Source of the DNA: Myxococcota bacterium
GTDB lineage: Bacteria; Myxococcota_A; UBA9160; UBA4427
Direction: 5' to 3'
Assembly (NCBI GenBank): GCA_965250285.1
Contig: OZ252299.1
Span: forward strand, 6,080,001 to 6,144,000
DNA length: 64,000 nt
Part shown: positions 1-8,982 of the stretch, piece by piece
How the letters are laid out: each line of letters begins with the position of its first letter
Position numbering within the stretch: position 1 is the stretch's first letter
Made by a program: the position numbers and the translations under genes
The notes under the pieces: model-generated
Told to the model about the DNA's origin: nothing
Databases searched by the model: none
What the model saw: the letters and a program-made list of their open reading frames with translations, nothing else

Positions 1-2
1 CC

Positions 3-575
3 GTGCGACTCGATGAGGCCGCACCGGGCGGCACCGCGGACCTGCATCGCGGCGGCCTGACTCAGGCCGACCTGCGGCTGGTCGAAGCGCCCGAGGGTCG
101 ACTCGTCTTGAAGGATTATTCGGATCGACCCGCGTGGCTGCGCCATACGTGGGGGCGCTGGATGTGTCGCCGCGAGCAGGCCGCGTACCGCGCCATCGCG
201 GCTCGGATCGGTGCGCCGCCGTGGCTGCCCCGTTTCTTCGGCAGCCGAGGCCCCGATGCGTTCGCGGTCGCGTATCGCCCGGGCCGTCCGCTCTCGCGCT
301 CGCTCGCCGACGAGGCGCCGCCCGGCTTCGTCGATGAGTTCGAGGCCGCCGTGCGCGCGCTGCACGAGGTCGGCATCGTGCACCTCGACCTTCGGCATCG
401 AAGCAACGTCCTGCTCGACGACGCCGGCCAACTCGTGCTGCTCGACTTCGCATCGGCGCTCCGCGCGCCACCCGGGGGCTTGCGCCACCGTCTGCTGATC
501 GTGCTGTTCGGGTGGATCGACCGTCGTGCGGTCCGAAAGTGGCGCCGCAAGCTGGCTCAGCCCTCGGGCGGCTGA
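3..575 (+). CDS. Protein-kinase-like fold enzyme (RIO1/Kdo-WaaP-like), possibly 5'-truncated by the window edge
   Basis: LVLKDY (catalytic Lys), GIVHLDLRHRSNVLL catalytic loop, LLDFASA metal-binding motif. Confidence 0.7.
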   Translation: MRLDEAAPGGTADLHRGGLTQADLRLVEAPEGRLVLKDYSDRPAWLRHTWGRWMCRREQAAYRAIAARIGAPPWLPRFFGSRGPDAFAVAYRPGRPLSRSLADEAPPGFVDEFEAAVRALHEVGIVHLDLRHRSNVLLDDAGQLVLLDFASALRAPPGGLRHRLLIVLFGWIDRRAVRKWRRKLAQPSGG

Positions 576-639
576 GTGGGCGAACCGATCGGGTCCGGCG
601 CCCCGCCGCGGGCGGCGAACCGCCGCAGGGCCGTGCGGG

Positions 640-1263
640 CTAGCCGGCGTTCGGCTCGGCGTCGACGCCGCTCGCATCGGGGTCGGGCGTCTCGAGGGTC
701 GGCGGATCGACCGGCGCGAGGCGACCGATGTAGTGGCGGTAGCACTCGAGCGTCAGCCGCGCGTCTTCGAGCGCCCGATGCGCGACGCCCCCTTCCTTCA
801 ACAGTCCCGCCGTCGTCGCCGCCTGGCGCAGCGAGAGGCCGCCCAGCTTCTGACCCGCCACCAGTGTCCACGCCTGGTACAGCGTCGCGAGGTCGAGGAC
901 GTGGTAGTCGAAGGGGTAGGGGATCTCGCAGTTCTTGTAGGCGCGCTCGAGGAACATCACGTCCATGCGCACGTTCTGGCCCGCCGGCACGATGATGCGA
1001 TCCTTCGGCAGCATCTCGGCGACCTCGGTCAGGACCTGGCGTACGCCCGGCGCGACGGCCCAGAGCTCGGGGTCATAGCCGAACATCTTGGCCGACTCGG
1101 GCGTGATGCGTTCGGGGCGGGCCGCCACGCGCCACTGCTTCTCGCCGAGCTCGACGAGTCGATCATCGGTGACGATGACGCCGACCTCGGTGATGTCGTG
1201 GAGCTCGGGATCGAGCCCCCCGAACTCGCAGTCGAGGAAGGCGAAGGCGTACGAGCGCGCCAT
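640..1263 (-). CDS. DEDDh 3'-5' exonuclease (DnaQ/RNase T/oligoribonuclease-like)
   Basis: ExoI FLDCEFGG, ExoII GQNVRMDVMFL, ExoIII HRALEDA; start moved to ATG at 1263 (MARSYAFAFLD). Confidence 0.85.
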   Translation of the reverse strand: MARSYAFAFLDCEFGGLDPELHDITEVGVIVTDDRLVELGEKQWRVAARPERITPESAKMFGYDPELWAVAPGVRQVLTEVAEMLPKDRIIVPAGQNVRMDVMFLERAYKNCEIPYPFDYHVLDLATLYQAWTLVAGQKLGGLSLRQAATTAGLLKEGGVAHRALEDARLTLECYRHYIGRLAPVDPPTLETPDPDASGVDAEPNAG

Positions 1264-1449
1264 GGATTCGATGCGGCCTTTCCAGCTCGGCCGGCTCGCC
1301 GGCGCGGGTGCCCCGAGCAGCGCGTCGGGTGCCTCGCGCGGCACACCGGGCTGGCGTGTCGACGCCGGGCCGTGAAGGCGGGGCGCTCGACCGGCGGCGC
1401 CGTGGCGTCGGTCCAACGGGCCACAGCGCGCATCCGGAATGGAAGAGGG

Positions 1450-1525
1450 TGGTGCTCCCTACGGGACTCGAACCCGTGTTTCAGCCTTGAGAGGGCCGCG
1501 TCCTAGGCCTCTAGACGAAGGGAGC
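1450..1525 (-). tRNA. tRNA-Glu, anticodon CTC
   Basis: GCTCCCTTCGTCTAGAGGCCTAGGACGCGGCC-CTCTCAA-GGCTGAAACACGGGTTCGAGTCCCGTAGGGAGCACCA; cloverleaf, GGTTCGA T-loop, encoded CCA. Confidence 0.97.
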
Positions 1526-1849
1526 ACGTGCTCGCGGGCTCGCAAGCGGGGCGCACACTAGCCATTGGCTCGGAGCGGTGCAAGGCGAGTGCGGCAGGCC
1601 CGCGCCGGCGCTGCGGGCCGCGCGCGTTCCGCTGAGGCTGAAACGGGCGCCCCGAGCTGCGCGGATGGAGAGCCGCATCACGTTCTCGAGTGACGATTTG
1701 CGGCCCCGAATGGGAGGGGTCGCGGGTCCGGCGGGGACGAGCCGCGCATCGACTGCCTCCGCGCGGATGCGCAGCCACGCCGGTAGGGCGCCAGAAGTTC
1801 TCAAGGATCGAGCCCCCCTCGGCCGATGTAGGGGAGACGGGTGTGCCTT

Positions 1850-1865
1850 TGGCATGGCCGTTGCT
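1850..1865 (+). promoter_or_regulatory. Sigma54 (-24/-12) promoter of the pilin gene
   Basis: TGGCATGGCCGTTGCT matches TGGCAC-N5-TTGC with exact GG-N10-GC spacing, ~175 nt upstream of pilA; pilA is sigma54/PilR-dependent in Myxococcus, Geobacter and Pseudomonas. Confidence 0.8.
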
Positions 1866-2039
1866 CTCTTCGCAGGTCGAGAGCCGAACGTCGTCCGCTG
1901 TGTGCGGTGCGGCGTGCGCCACGTCACGGGCGGGTGAATGGTTCGCCCCGCCTCGATCGATGACGCGATCGCACCGCCGATCGATCGAGGTCGCCATGCG
2001 GCCGAGACGTAGCAGAGGCACAGGGAAGGAGATGGCCGG

Positions 2040-2582
2040 ATGACGAGTCGATCCCGCCACCAGAAGGGCATGACGCTGCTCGAGCTGATGATCGCGGTGG
2101 CGATCGTGGGCATTCTCGCCAGCGTCGCGATCCCCTCGTACTTGCACTACCAGCTCACGGCGCGGACGGCCGAAGCGAAGGCGAATCTCGGCGGTCTCGC
2201 ACGATCGCAGCTGGCCTACTACTCCGAGTACGGCAGCTACGTCAGCGTGGCCTCGGAGCCGCTCGGCACCCTCGGCATCCCGCCGAACTCTCAGAAACGC
2301 GACTCGACGCCGATCGGTACGGCGTTCGGCGTCGTTGGATGGGTTCCCGAGGGCGACGTCTACTACGACTACGACACGGTGACCGACATCGACGGCGTAT
2401 GCACCTGTACCGGTCCGTGCTTCACGGCCTCGGCGTTCGGTGACCTCGACGCGAACGGCGCGCCGGCGAAGTTCTCCTTCGCGCAGCCCGACTCCGGCGG
2501 CTTCATGTGTCCGGGGATCGTCGGCCTGGCGCCCGCACGTCCCAACGAACCCCTCCAGGATCTCTTCATGAGCCGCTACTAG
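2040..2582 (+). CDS. pilA: Type IVa major pilin
   Basis: Class III signal ...HQKG/MTLLELMIAVAIVGILASVAIP, Glu+5, ARTAEAKANL helix typical of deltaproteobacterial pilins. Confidence 0.9.
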   Translation: MTSRSRHQKGMTLLELMIAVAIVGILASVAIPSYLHYQLTARTAEAKANLGGLARSQLAYYSEYGSYVSVASEPLGTLGIPPNSQKRDSTPIGTAFGVVGWVPEGDVYYDYDTVTDIDGVCTCTGPCFTASAFGDLDANGAPAKFSFAQPDSGGFMCPGIVGLAPARPNEPLQDLFMSRY

Positions 2583-2635
2583 CCCGCGGCTCTGCGGGTG
2601 TTGGTCTGCTGCTGATCGAAAGGATTCGCCGCGCC

Positions 2636-3640
2636 ATGCGCGACAAGCTGCTCATCGGTTTTGCCCTCGTCGGTGCGATCGTCTTCACCGGTGTCGTGCA
2701 CACTCGGGTCGACCCGAGCACTGCGGTCGACCGGGGCGAGCTGTATGTCCCCAAGCCGGCGACGGCGCAGGTGGCCGCGCTCGGCTTCGACGCCGTCCTC
2801 GCCGACTACTACTGGCTCCAGGCGGTGCAGGCTGCCGGCGGCGATGTCGTCGTCGATCGGCGCGTCGGTCGGCAGCTCGGCAAGCTGATCGACGTCGTGA
2901 CGACGCTCGATCCCTGGGTCGAGCACCCGTATCGCTTCGCTGCGATCTGGATGACCGAGGGCGAAGCGAACGTGCGCAAGGCGATCGAGCTGCTCCACCG
3001 GGGCATCGAGCATCACCCGGACGAATGGCGCAACTACTTCTATCTCGGCTTCGATCACTTCTACTACCTCGGTGAGATGGAGGAGGCCGCCGACGCCCTC
3101 GATCACGCATCGAGCCTGCCCGGCTCGCCCGTGTACCTGCCCCGGCTGGCGGCGCGGCTCCGTTCGACGGGCGCCGACATCGAGGTCTCCGAGGTGCTGC
3201 TGCGTCAGCTGGTCGAGTCGACGGACGACGAAGCGAAGATCGCCGCGTACCAGGCGGCGATCGACGAGATCGAGGTCGAGCACAAGGCCCGCTTTCTCGA
3301 TCGGGCTCGCGAGGCGTATCAGTCGCTCGCCGGGCGCGACATCGAGCGCGTCGAGGATCTCACGACCGGGCCTGACCGCGTGATCGAGATGTTGCCGCGG
3401 CCGGTGCCCGATGCCTTGCCGGTGTCGGCCGGGAATCGCGCGGCATGGGAGATCGCCGACGACGGTCGCATCGTCTCGTCGTTCTACGGCAAGCGATACG
3501 AGGTGCACTACGCGCACACCCGCGAGCTGCAGCTCGACCCGGACGATCCCGCCGAGGTCGGGGAAACGGCAGAAGCAGAAACGGACAGTGGCAAGCGAGC
3601 CGATGCATCGGCGTCATCGGAGGGGGACGAGGATGTCTGA
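2636..3640 (+). CDS. Pilus-associated TPR-like membrane-anchored protein (myxobacterial PilG / Geobacter XapA-like)
   Basis: N-terminal TM, LADYYWLQAVQ, TTLDP, GIEHHPDEWRNYFYLGFDHFYYL; lies between pilA and the ABC genes. Confidence 0.7.
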   Translation: MRDKLLIGFALVGAIVFTGVVHTRVDPSTAVDRGELYVPKPATAQVAALGFDAVLADYYWLQAVQAAGGDVVVDRRVGRQLGKLIDVVTTLDPWVEHPYRFAAIWMTEGEANVRKAIELLHRGIEHHPDEWRNYFYLGFDHFYYLGEMEEAADALDHASSLPGSPVYLPRLAARLRSTGADIEVSEVLLRQLVESTDDEAKIAAYQAAIDEIEVEHKARFLDRAREAYQSLAGRDIERVEDLTTGPDRVIEMLPRPVPDALPVSAGNRAAWEIADDGRIVSSFYGKRYEVHYAHTRELQLDPDDPAEVGETAEAETDSGKRADASASSEGDEDV

Positions 3641-4616
3641 GCGACGAGCAGTCGTCTCGGTCAAGGATGTGGTGAAGGACTTTCGTCCGGGTCTCGGGCT
3701 GCGCACGAAGCGTGTGCTGCACGGCGTTTCGTTCGAGGTGAACCAGGGCGAGATCTTCGGCTTCGTTGGTCCGAACGGCGCGGGCAAGACCACCACACTG
3801 AAGGTGATGATGGGCCTGATCCGGGCGACGTCGGGTTCTGCGACGATCCTGGGTCACGATGTCGGCGAGAGCGCCTACCGCCATCACATCGGCTTCCTGC
3901 CCGAGAACCCCTACTTCTACACGTACCTGACGGCGCGTGAGATCCTGCACTTCTACGCGAAGCTCTCCGGTGTCCCGTCGGCTACGCGCCGCGAACGCGT
4001 CGAGCTGCTGCTCGACTGGGTGGGGCTGGCGCACGCCGCCGATGCGCGTTTGCGCACCTACTCGAAGGGCATGATGCAGCGTGTGGGCATCGCTCAGGCG
4101 CTCGTGCACGACCCCGAAGTGGTGTTCCTCGACGAGCCGATGAGCGGGCTCGACCCGATCGGTCGCAAGGAGATCCGCGACATCATCTTGCGGCTCAAGG
4201 AAGACGGCAAGACGGTCTTCATGAACACGCACATCCTCTCGGACGTCGAGATGATCTGCGACCGCGTGGCGATCATCGTCCAGGGCGAGATCCGGTACCA
4301 GGGCATCATCGAAGAGTTCATCCCCGAAGACGGCATGCGTACGGACGTCGTACTCAAGAACATCACCACCGAAACGGCGACCCTCATCGAAGAAGGGTTC
4401 GACTGTGAGCTGCAGGGTATCGGTGAACAGATCGAGGTGCGCGTTCACGACAAGCTGGTCGAGGGCCTGCTGCGAAAGGTGCTCGACTACGGCGGTGAGA
4501 TCGTGTCGGTCACGCCGGCCCGCATGACCCTCGAACACATCTTTCTCGATGCGGTGCAGCACGCCCGCGACGATGGATCGGCGGCTCCGGCCCCGGCCTC
4601 GGAGACGAACGAATGA
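3633..4616 (+). CDS. ABC transporter ATP-binding protein (myxobacterial PilH-like)
   Basis: Walker A GPNGAGKTT, signature YSKGMMQR, Walker B FLDEPMSGLDP; ATG at 3633 overlaps the upstream gene end. Confidence 0.92.
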   Translation: MSERRAVVSVKDVVKDFRPGLGLRTKRVLHGVSFEVNQGEIFGFVGPNGAGKTTTLKVMMGLIRATSGSATILGHDVGESAYRHHIGFLPENPYFYTYLTAREILHFYAKLSGVPSATRRERVELLLDWVGLAHAADARLRTYSKGMMQRVGIAQALVHDPEVVFLDEPMSGLDPIGRKEIRDIILRLKEDGKTVFMNTHILSDVEMICDRVAIIVQGEIRYQGIIEEFIPEDGMRTDVVLKNITTETATLIEEGFDCELQGIGEQIEVRVHDKLVEGLLRKVLDYGGEIVSVTPARMTLEHIFLDAVQHARDDGSAAPAPASETNE

Positions 4617-5386
4617 TCGCGACCCGCATCTGGGCGATCGCCGCGAACACCGTGCGCGAGGCCGTCCGAAACAAGCTGCTCTACACGTTGCTCTTCTTCG
4701 CGATCGCGGTGATCGGTGCGGCCGTGCTCGTGGCGAGCCTCTCGTACGTCGAGGGCGAGCGCATCATTCAGGACGTCGGCCTCGCGTCGATCCGCTTCTT
4801 CAGTCTCGGCATCGCGATCTTCGTCGGCATCGGTCTGATCCACAACGAGGTCGAGCGCCGCACGATCCAGACGATCCTGTCGAAGCCGGTCTCGCGCCCC
4901 GAGTTTCTGCTCGGCAAGTACTTCGGCCTGCTGGCCACGGTGTGGATGCAGGTCGCGATCATGGGCGTCGCCTTCGTCGGCGTTTCGCTCGCGGCCGGCG
5001 CGCCGCTCGGCTCGGGTGTGTTCTGGGCCCTCGTGCTCCTCGGGATCGAGCTCGCCGTCATCGTCGCCGTGGCCACGCTGTTCTCCGCGTTCACCACGCC
5101 CCTGCTCGCGTCGCTCTTCACCGTCGGTATCTGGGTGCTCGGTCACCTGACGCGCGACCTGCTCGCGCTGGGCAAGCAGGCCGATCAGAGGGCGGTCGAG
5201 TGGGCCACGGTGTTCATCTACCGCGTGCTGCCCGACCTCGATGCGTTCAACCTCTCGATCGAGGCCGTCCATGGCCTCCCGATTTCGAGTGCGCAGGTGG
5301 TCTGGCCTATGCTGCTCGGCATCGGCTACTCGACCGTGTTGCTCTTCATCGCGAGCCTGGTCTTTCAGACGCGCGACATGAAGTAG
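4613..5386 (+). CDS. ABC-2 permease (myxobacterial PilI-like)
   Basis: Multi-TM; EVERRTIQTILSKPVSRPEFLLGKYFG motif; ATGA overlap with the ATPase. Confidence 0.88.
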   Translation: MIATRIWAIAANTVREAVRNKLLYTLLFFAIAVIGAAVLVASLSYVEGERIIQDVGLASIRFFSLGIAIFVGIGLIHNEVERRTIQTILSKPVSRPEFLLGKYFGLLATVWMQVAIMGVAFVGVSLAAGAPLGSGVFWALVLLGIELAVIVAVATLFSAFTTPLLASLFTVGIWVLGHLTRDLLALGKQADQRAVEWATVFIYRVLPDLDAFNLSIEAVHGLPISSAQVVWPMLLGIGYSTVLLFIASLVFQTRDMK

Positions 5387-5455
5387 AGCGGCCCGGCCGG
5401 GGCTGCGGAGGGGGCGGGCTGAGCGGCGAACGGCCGCGCGCTCGTGAGGTGACGC

Positions 5456-6343
5456 GTGACCATCTCGATGCATGCGTATCTGGCCATCGTCTCGACGGCG
5501 TTCGGGCTCGTGATCGGTTCGTTCCTGAACGTCGTGATCTTTCGCCTGCCGCTCGGCAAGTCGGTCGTCCACCCACCGTCGCAGTGCCCGGCGTGCGGTG
5601 CTGGCGTGCGCTGGTACGACAACGTGCCCGTCTTCGCGTGGCTCTGGCTGCGCGGGCGCTGCCGCGACTGCGGCACGCCGATCTCGATCCGCTACCCGAC
5701 GATCGAGGCGTTGACGGGAGCGATGTTCGGGCTGATCGCGTGGCAGTTCGGCGTGAGCCCGCTCTCGGTGCTCTACATGCTCTTCGCAGCGGCTCTCATC
5801 GCCGCATCGATGATCGACTTCGACCATCAGATCATTCCCGACGAGATCTCGCTCGGTGGCCTGGCCATTGCGATGGTCGCGGTGCCGTCGGCGACCGCGT
5901 GGATGGGACGCATGGCCCTCGGTGAGGCGCTTGCGTACAGCGCGATCGGGGCGCTGGTCGGCGGCGGTTCTCTGTGGATCGTCGCGTTCGCGCACGCGCG
6001 CGTGTCCGTGGCGATGGGCCGCGAGTTCGCGCACTGGCCCGGCGAGGGCGAGTCGCTGCCGCGCCCGAATGAAGCCGACTACTGGCTCTGGTTCCCCGGC
6101 CTCGGGCTCGGGGATGTCAAGCTGCTCGCGATGATCGGTGCCGTGCTCGGGCCGTGGGGTGTGCTCGACACGATCGTGACCGCGTCGGCCGTGGGTCTTG
6201 CGATGGGCGTCGGTTGGGCCGTCGTGCATCGCAACTGGGAGAGCCCGTTCGGCTTCGGCCCGGCCCTCGGCTTCGGCGCGCTGCTGGCTCTGCTGCTGCC
6301 CGAGCATCTCATCGTGATGCTCGCGCGCTCACAGGGCGCGTAG
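5456..6343 (+). CDS. pilD: Prepilin peptidase/N-methyltransferase (A24A)
   Basis: GSFLNVVIFRLP, CPAC/CRDC Zn motif, IDFDHQIIPD, GLGDVKLL, FGPAL. Confidence 0.95.
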   Translation: MTISMHAYLAIVSTAFGLVIGSFLNVVIFRLPLGKSVVHPPSQCPACGAGVRWYDNVPVFAWLWLRGRCRDCGTPISIRYPTIEALTGAMFGLIAWQFGVSPLSVLYMLFAAALIAASMIDFDHQIIPDEISLGGLAIAMVAVPSATAWMGRMALGEALAYSAIGALVGGGSLWIVAFAHARVSVAMGREFAHWPGEGESLPRPNEADYWLWFPGLGLGDVKLLAMIGAVLGPWGVLDTIVTASAVGLAMGVGWAVVHRNWESPFGFGPALGFGALLALLLPEHLIVMLARSQGA

Positions 6344-6403
6344 CCGAGAACGCGCGCGCTATGGGCGGACCGAGCGCGGGTCGAGCGGGGCGCGTCCGCC
6401 GCC

Positions 6404-6477
6404 TGGTTCCCCAGCTTGGATTCGAACCAAGATTCGCGGATTCAGAGTCCGCTGTCCTGCCGTTAGACGACCGGGGA
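6404..6477 (-). tRNA. tRNA-Gln, anticodon CTG
   Basis: TCCCCGGTCGTCTAACGGCAGGACAGCGGA-CTCTGAA-TCCGCGAATCTTGGTTCGAATCCAAGCTGGGGAACCA; cloverleaf with CCA. Confidence 0.97.
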
Positions 6478-6612
6478 ACAGGCGTGGAGCGTGGAGCCAA
6501 TGGCTCCGGGACCGGGCAGCCGGAGCTGCCGGGCGGCCAAACTTAACGGATCGGCGGAGTCGGCTCAAACCTGGACGACGCGCGCTGCTCGTCGATCGGC
6601 GCGTCCCGTCGA

Positions 6613-8040
6613 TCAGCCCTGGCCGGCCTCGGCCGCGCGCGCCTCGATGACGGCGATCGCGTTCTTCAACCGCGCCACGGTGCGTTCGCGGCCCAGCACC
6701 GAGAGCGTTTCGAAGATGCCGGGGGAGTTCGGGCCGCCCGTCACCGCCACGCGCACGGGCTGGGCGAGCTTGCCCATCTTGGTTTCGTGCGCCGTCACCA
6801 CGGCGTCGAAGGCCGGCTCGAGCCCGGCCTCGCTCCAATCGTCGGTCGACTCGAGACGCGGCACGAGGTCGGCGAGCAGCGGTAGCGCGACGGGTCGCAG
6901 GTGCTTCTTGGCCGCCTTCTCCTCGATCTCGATCTCGTCGCGCAAGAGCCAGTGGGCCTGCTCGGCCATCTCGACGAGTGTGTGGCTGCGCTCGCGCAAC
7001 AGATCGAGCAAGCCGTCGAGACCGGCGCTGCGCTCGACGGCACCGCCCGCGACGGCTTCGAGGAAGGGCCGCGCGCGCTCGAAGAGTGCGTCGGCGGGCA
7101 GGGTCTTCAGCCAGTGCTGGCCGAGCCAGGCGAGCTTCGCTTCGTCGGCGTGCGCGCCGCTTCGACCGACGTGCTCGAGGTCGAAGAGCTTGGCGATGTC
7201 GTCGAGCGAGAACACCTCTTCGTCCCCGTGCGACCAGCCGAGGCGCACGATCCAGTTGACGAGCGCCTCCTGCAGATGGCCATGCTCGCGGAAGTCCTGG
7301 ATCGACACGTTGTCGCGCCGCTTCGAGAGCTTCTTGCCGCCTTCGCCGACGATGAGCGGCACGTGCGCGTAGGTCGGCGGCTCGGCGTCGAGTGCCTCGT
7401 AGAGCGCCACCTGCAGCGGGGTGTTCGGGTGGTGGTCGGCGCCGCGGATCACGTGCGTGATGCCCATGTCCATGTCGTCCACGACGACGGCGAGGTGGAA
7501 GACGGCGGTGCCATCGCTGCGCAGGATGATCGCGTCACCAATCTGGCTCGCGTCCTGGCCACTCGGGCCGAACACCAGGTCGTCGAAGCCGAGCATGCCC
7601 TCCTTCGGCAGTCGGATCCGAACGGTGTGCTCGCCGCAGTCGGGACCGAGGTCGAGGTCACGGCAGTGCCCGTCGTAGACACCGCGGCCGCCGCTCGCCT
7701 CGTCGCGGCTGCGCATCTCTTCCAGTCGCTCGCGGCTGCACGTGCATCGATAGGCGCGTCCGGTGTCGAGCAGATGCTGCACCACCGCCCGGTGTCGATC
7801 ATGGTGGTCGCTCTGTCGGATCGGCCCCTCGTCCCAGTCGAGCCCCAGCCAGCGCATGCCCTCGAGCACCGCCTCCTCCGACGCGCGGGTCGAGCGGCTG
7901 GCATCGGTGTCCTCGATGCGCAGCACGAAGGTGCCCGAGTGGCGCCGGGCGAAGGCCCAGTTGTAGAGGGCGGTCCGGGCGGAGCCGAGATGGAGGTACC
8001 CGGTGGGGCTGGGAGCGAAACGTGTGCGGACGTCGGTCAT
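6613..8040 (-). CDS. gltX: Glutamate--tRNA ligase
   Basis: RTRFAPSPTGYLHLGS (HIGH-like), LRIEDTD, HVIRGADH, KLSKR; start set at ATG 8040. Confidence 0.97.
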   Translation of the reverse strand: MTDVRTRFAPSPTGYLHLGSARTALYNWAFARRHSGTFVLRIEDTDASRSTRASEEAVLEGMRWLGLDWDEGPIRQSDHHDRHRAVVQHLLDTGRAYRCTCSRERLEEMRSRDEASGGRGVYDGHCRDLDLGPDCGEHTVRIRLPKEGMLGFDDLVFGPSGQDASQIGDAIILRSDGTAVFHLAVVVDDMDMGITHVIRGADHHPNTPLQVALYEALDAEPPTYAHVPLIVGEGGKKLSKRRDNVSIQDFREHGHLQEALVNWIVRLGWSHGDEEVFSLDDIAKLFDLEHVGRSGAHADEAKLAWLGQHWLKTLPADALFERARPFLEAVAGGAVERSAGLDGLLDLLRERSHTLVEMAEQAHWLLRDEIEIEEKAAKKHLRPVALPLLADLVPRLESTDDWSEAGLEPAFDAVVTAHETKMGKLAQPVRVAVTGGPNSPGIFETLSVLGRERTVARLKNAIAVIEARAAEAGQG

Positions 8041-8216
8041 GGCGGCGGGAAGGTAACGGGTCGGCCCGCGGGCGCGGCGGAGCGAAGTGCTGCGGGCCCC
8101 AGGGGGCACTGGCTTGGCGACGCGGCGGGGGTGTGGTACCCAATGGCCCGCTCTGGAGGGTGATGCCCTCCGAAGTATCTGAATTGGAACGGGTTTCAGG
8201 TCTGGTGGGCGGGGGG

Positions 8217-8792
8217 ATGAAGCTCTTCGTCGACAGGATCGAGGCATCGCCGACCTCGGAGCGGTTCGAGGCGGCGGCCGACTGGTGGCTCGACTCGGCC
8301 GGCGCGGATGCCGACGGCTTCGAGATCGTCGACGCGCCGGTGTTCGTCGTGAACGTGCACCGGATGGGGCGTGACCTCTATCTCGATGGCACGCTCGAGG
8401 CGACGGTCGAGGCCACATGCAGTCGATGCCTGGGGCGCTATCGTCAGCCGCTTCGCGACGCCTGGCGGCTGGTGCTCGAGCCTGCCGAGGGCGCTTCGAT
8501 GCCCGACCCAGAGAGTGAAGAGGCCCTGGCCCAGGACGGAATCTGTCTGGGCGAGGAGCTGGAGGTGGGCTGGTACCAGGGCAAGGAGCTGAAGCTCGAC
8601 CGCTTCTTCAGTGAGCTGGTCGCGCTGGCGCTGCCCATCGTGCCGCTCTGCCGTGAGGATTGTCCGGGGCTGTGCCCGGTGTGTGGACGCGATCAGTCCA
8701 CCAACACATGTGATTGCGAACCGACCTTGCCCGATTCGCCGTTCGCCGTGCTTGCCGCGCTGCGCACGAACGGGCCCGAGAGAGAGAGCTGA
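8217..8792 (+). CDS. yceD: DUF177/YceD family protein
   Basis: [35 protein letters not shown]; immediately upstream of rpmF. Confidence 0.9.
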   Translation: MKLFVDRIEASPTSERFEAAADWWLDSAGADADGFEIVDAPVFVVNVHRMGRDLYLDGTLEATVEATCSRCLGRYRQPLRDAWRLVLEPAEGASMPDPESEEALAQDGICLGEELEVGWYQGKELKLDRFFSELVALALPIVPLCREDCPGLCPVCGRDQSTNTCDCEPTLPDSPFAVLAALRTNGPERES

Positions 8793-8793
8793 G

Positions 8794-8976
8794 ATGGCTG
8801 TACCGAAGCGAAAGACCTCGAAGGCGAAGCGCGACAAGCGCCGCAGCCACGACGCCCTTTCGAGCCCTGCGCGCAGCGTGTGCCCCCAGTGTGGCGCACC
8901 CAAGGTGCCGCACCGCATCTGCGGTACCTGCGGCTGGTACAAGGGCCGCACCGTGATCGAAGTCGACGAGGACTGA
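8794..8976 (+). CDS. rpmF: 50S ribosomal protein L32 (Zn-binding type)
   Basis: [38 protein letters not shown]. Confidence 0.97.
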   Translation: MAVPKRKTSKAKRDKRRSHDALSSPARSVCPQCGAPKVPHRICGTCGWYKGRTVIEVDED

Positions 8977-8982
8977 TCCTCG

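Noticed and set aside
1450..6477. Integrative element at the tRNA genes
   Set aside because: No integrase or transposase, no duplicated tRNA 3' end, and no obvious compositional shift.
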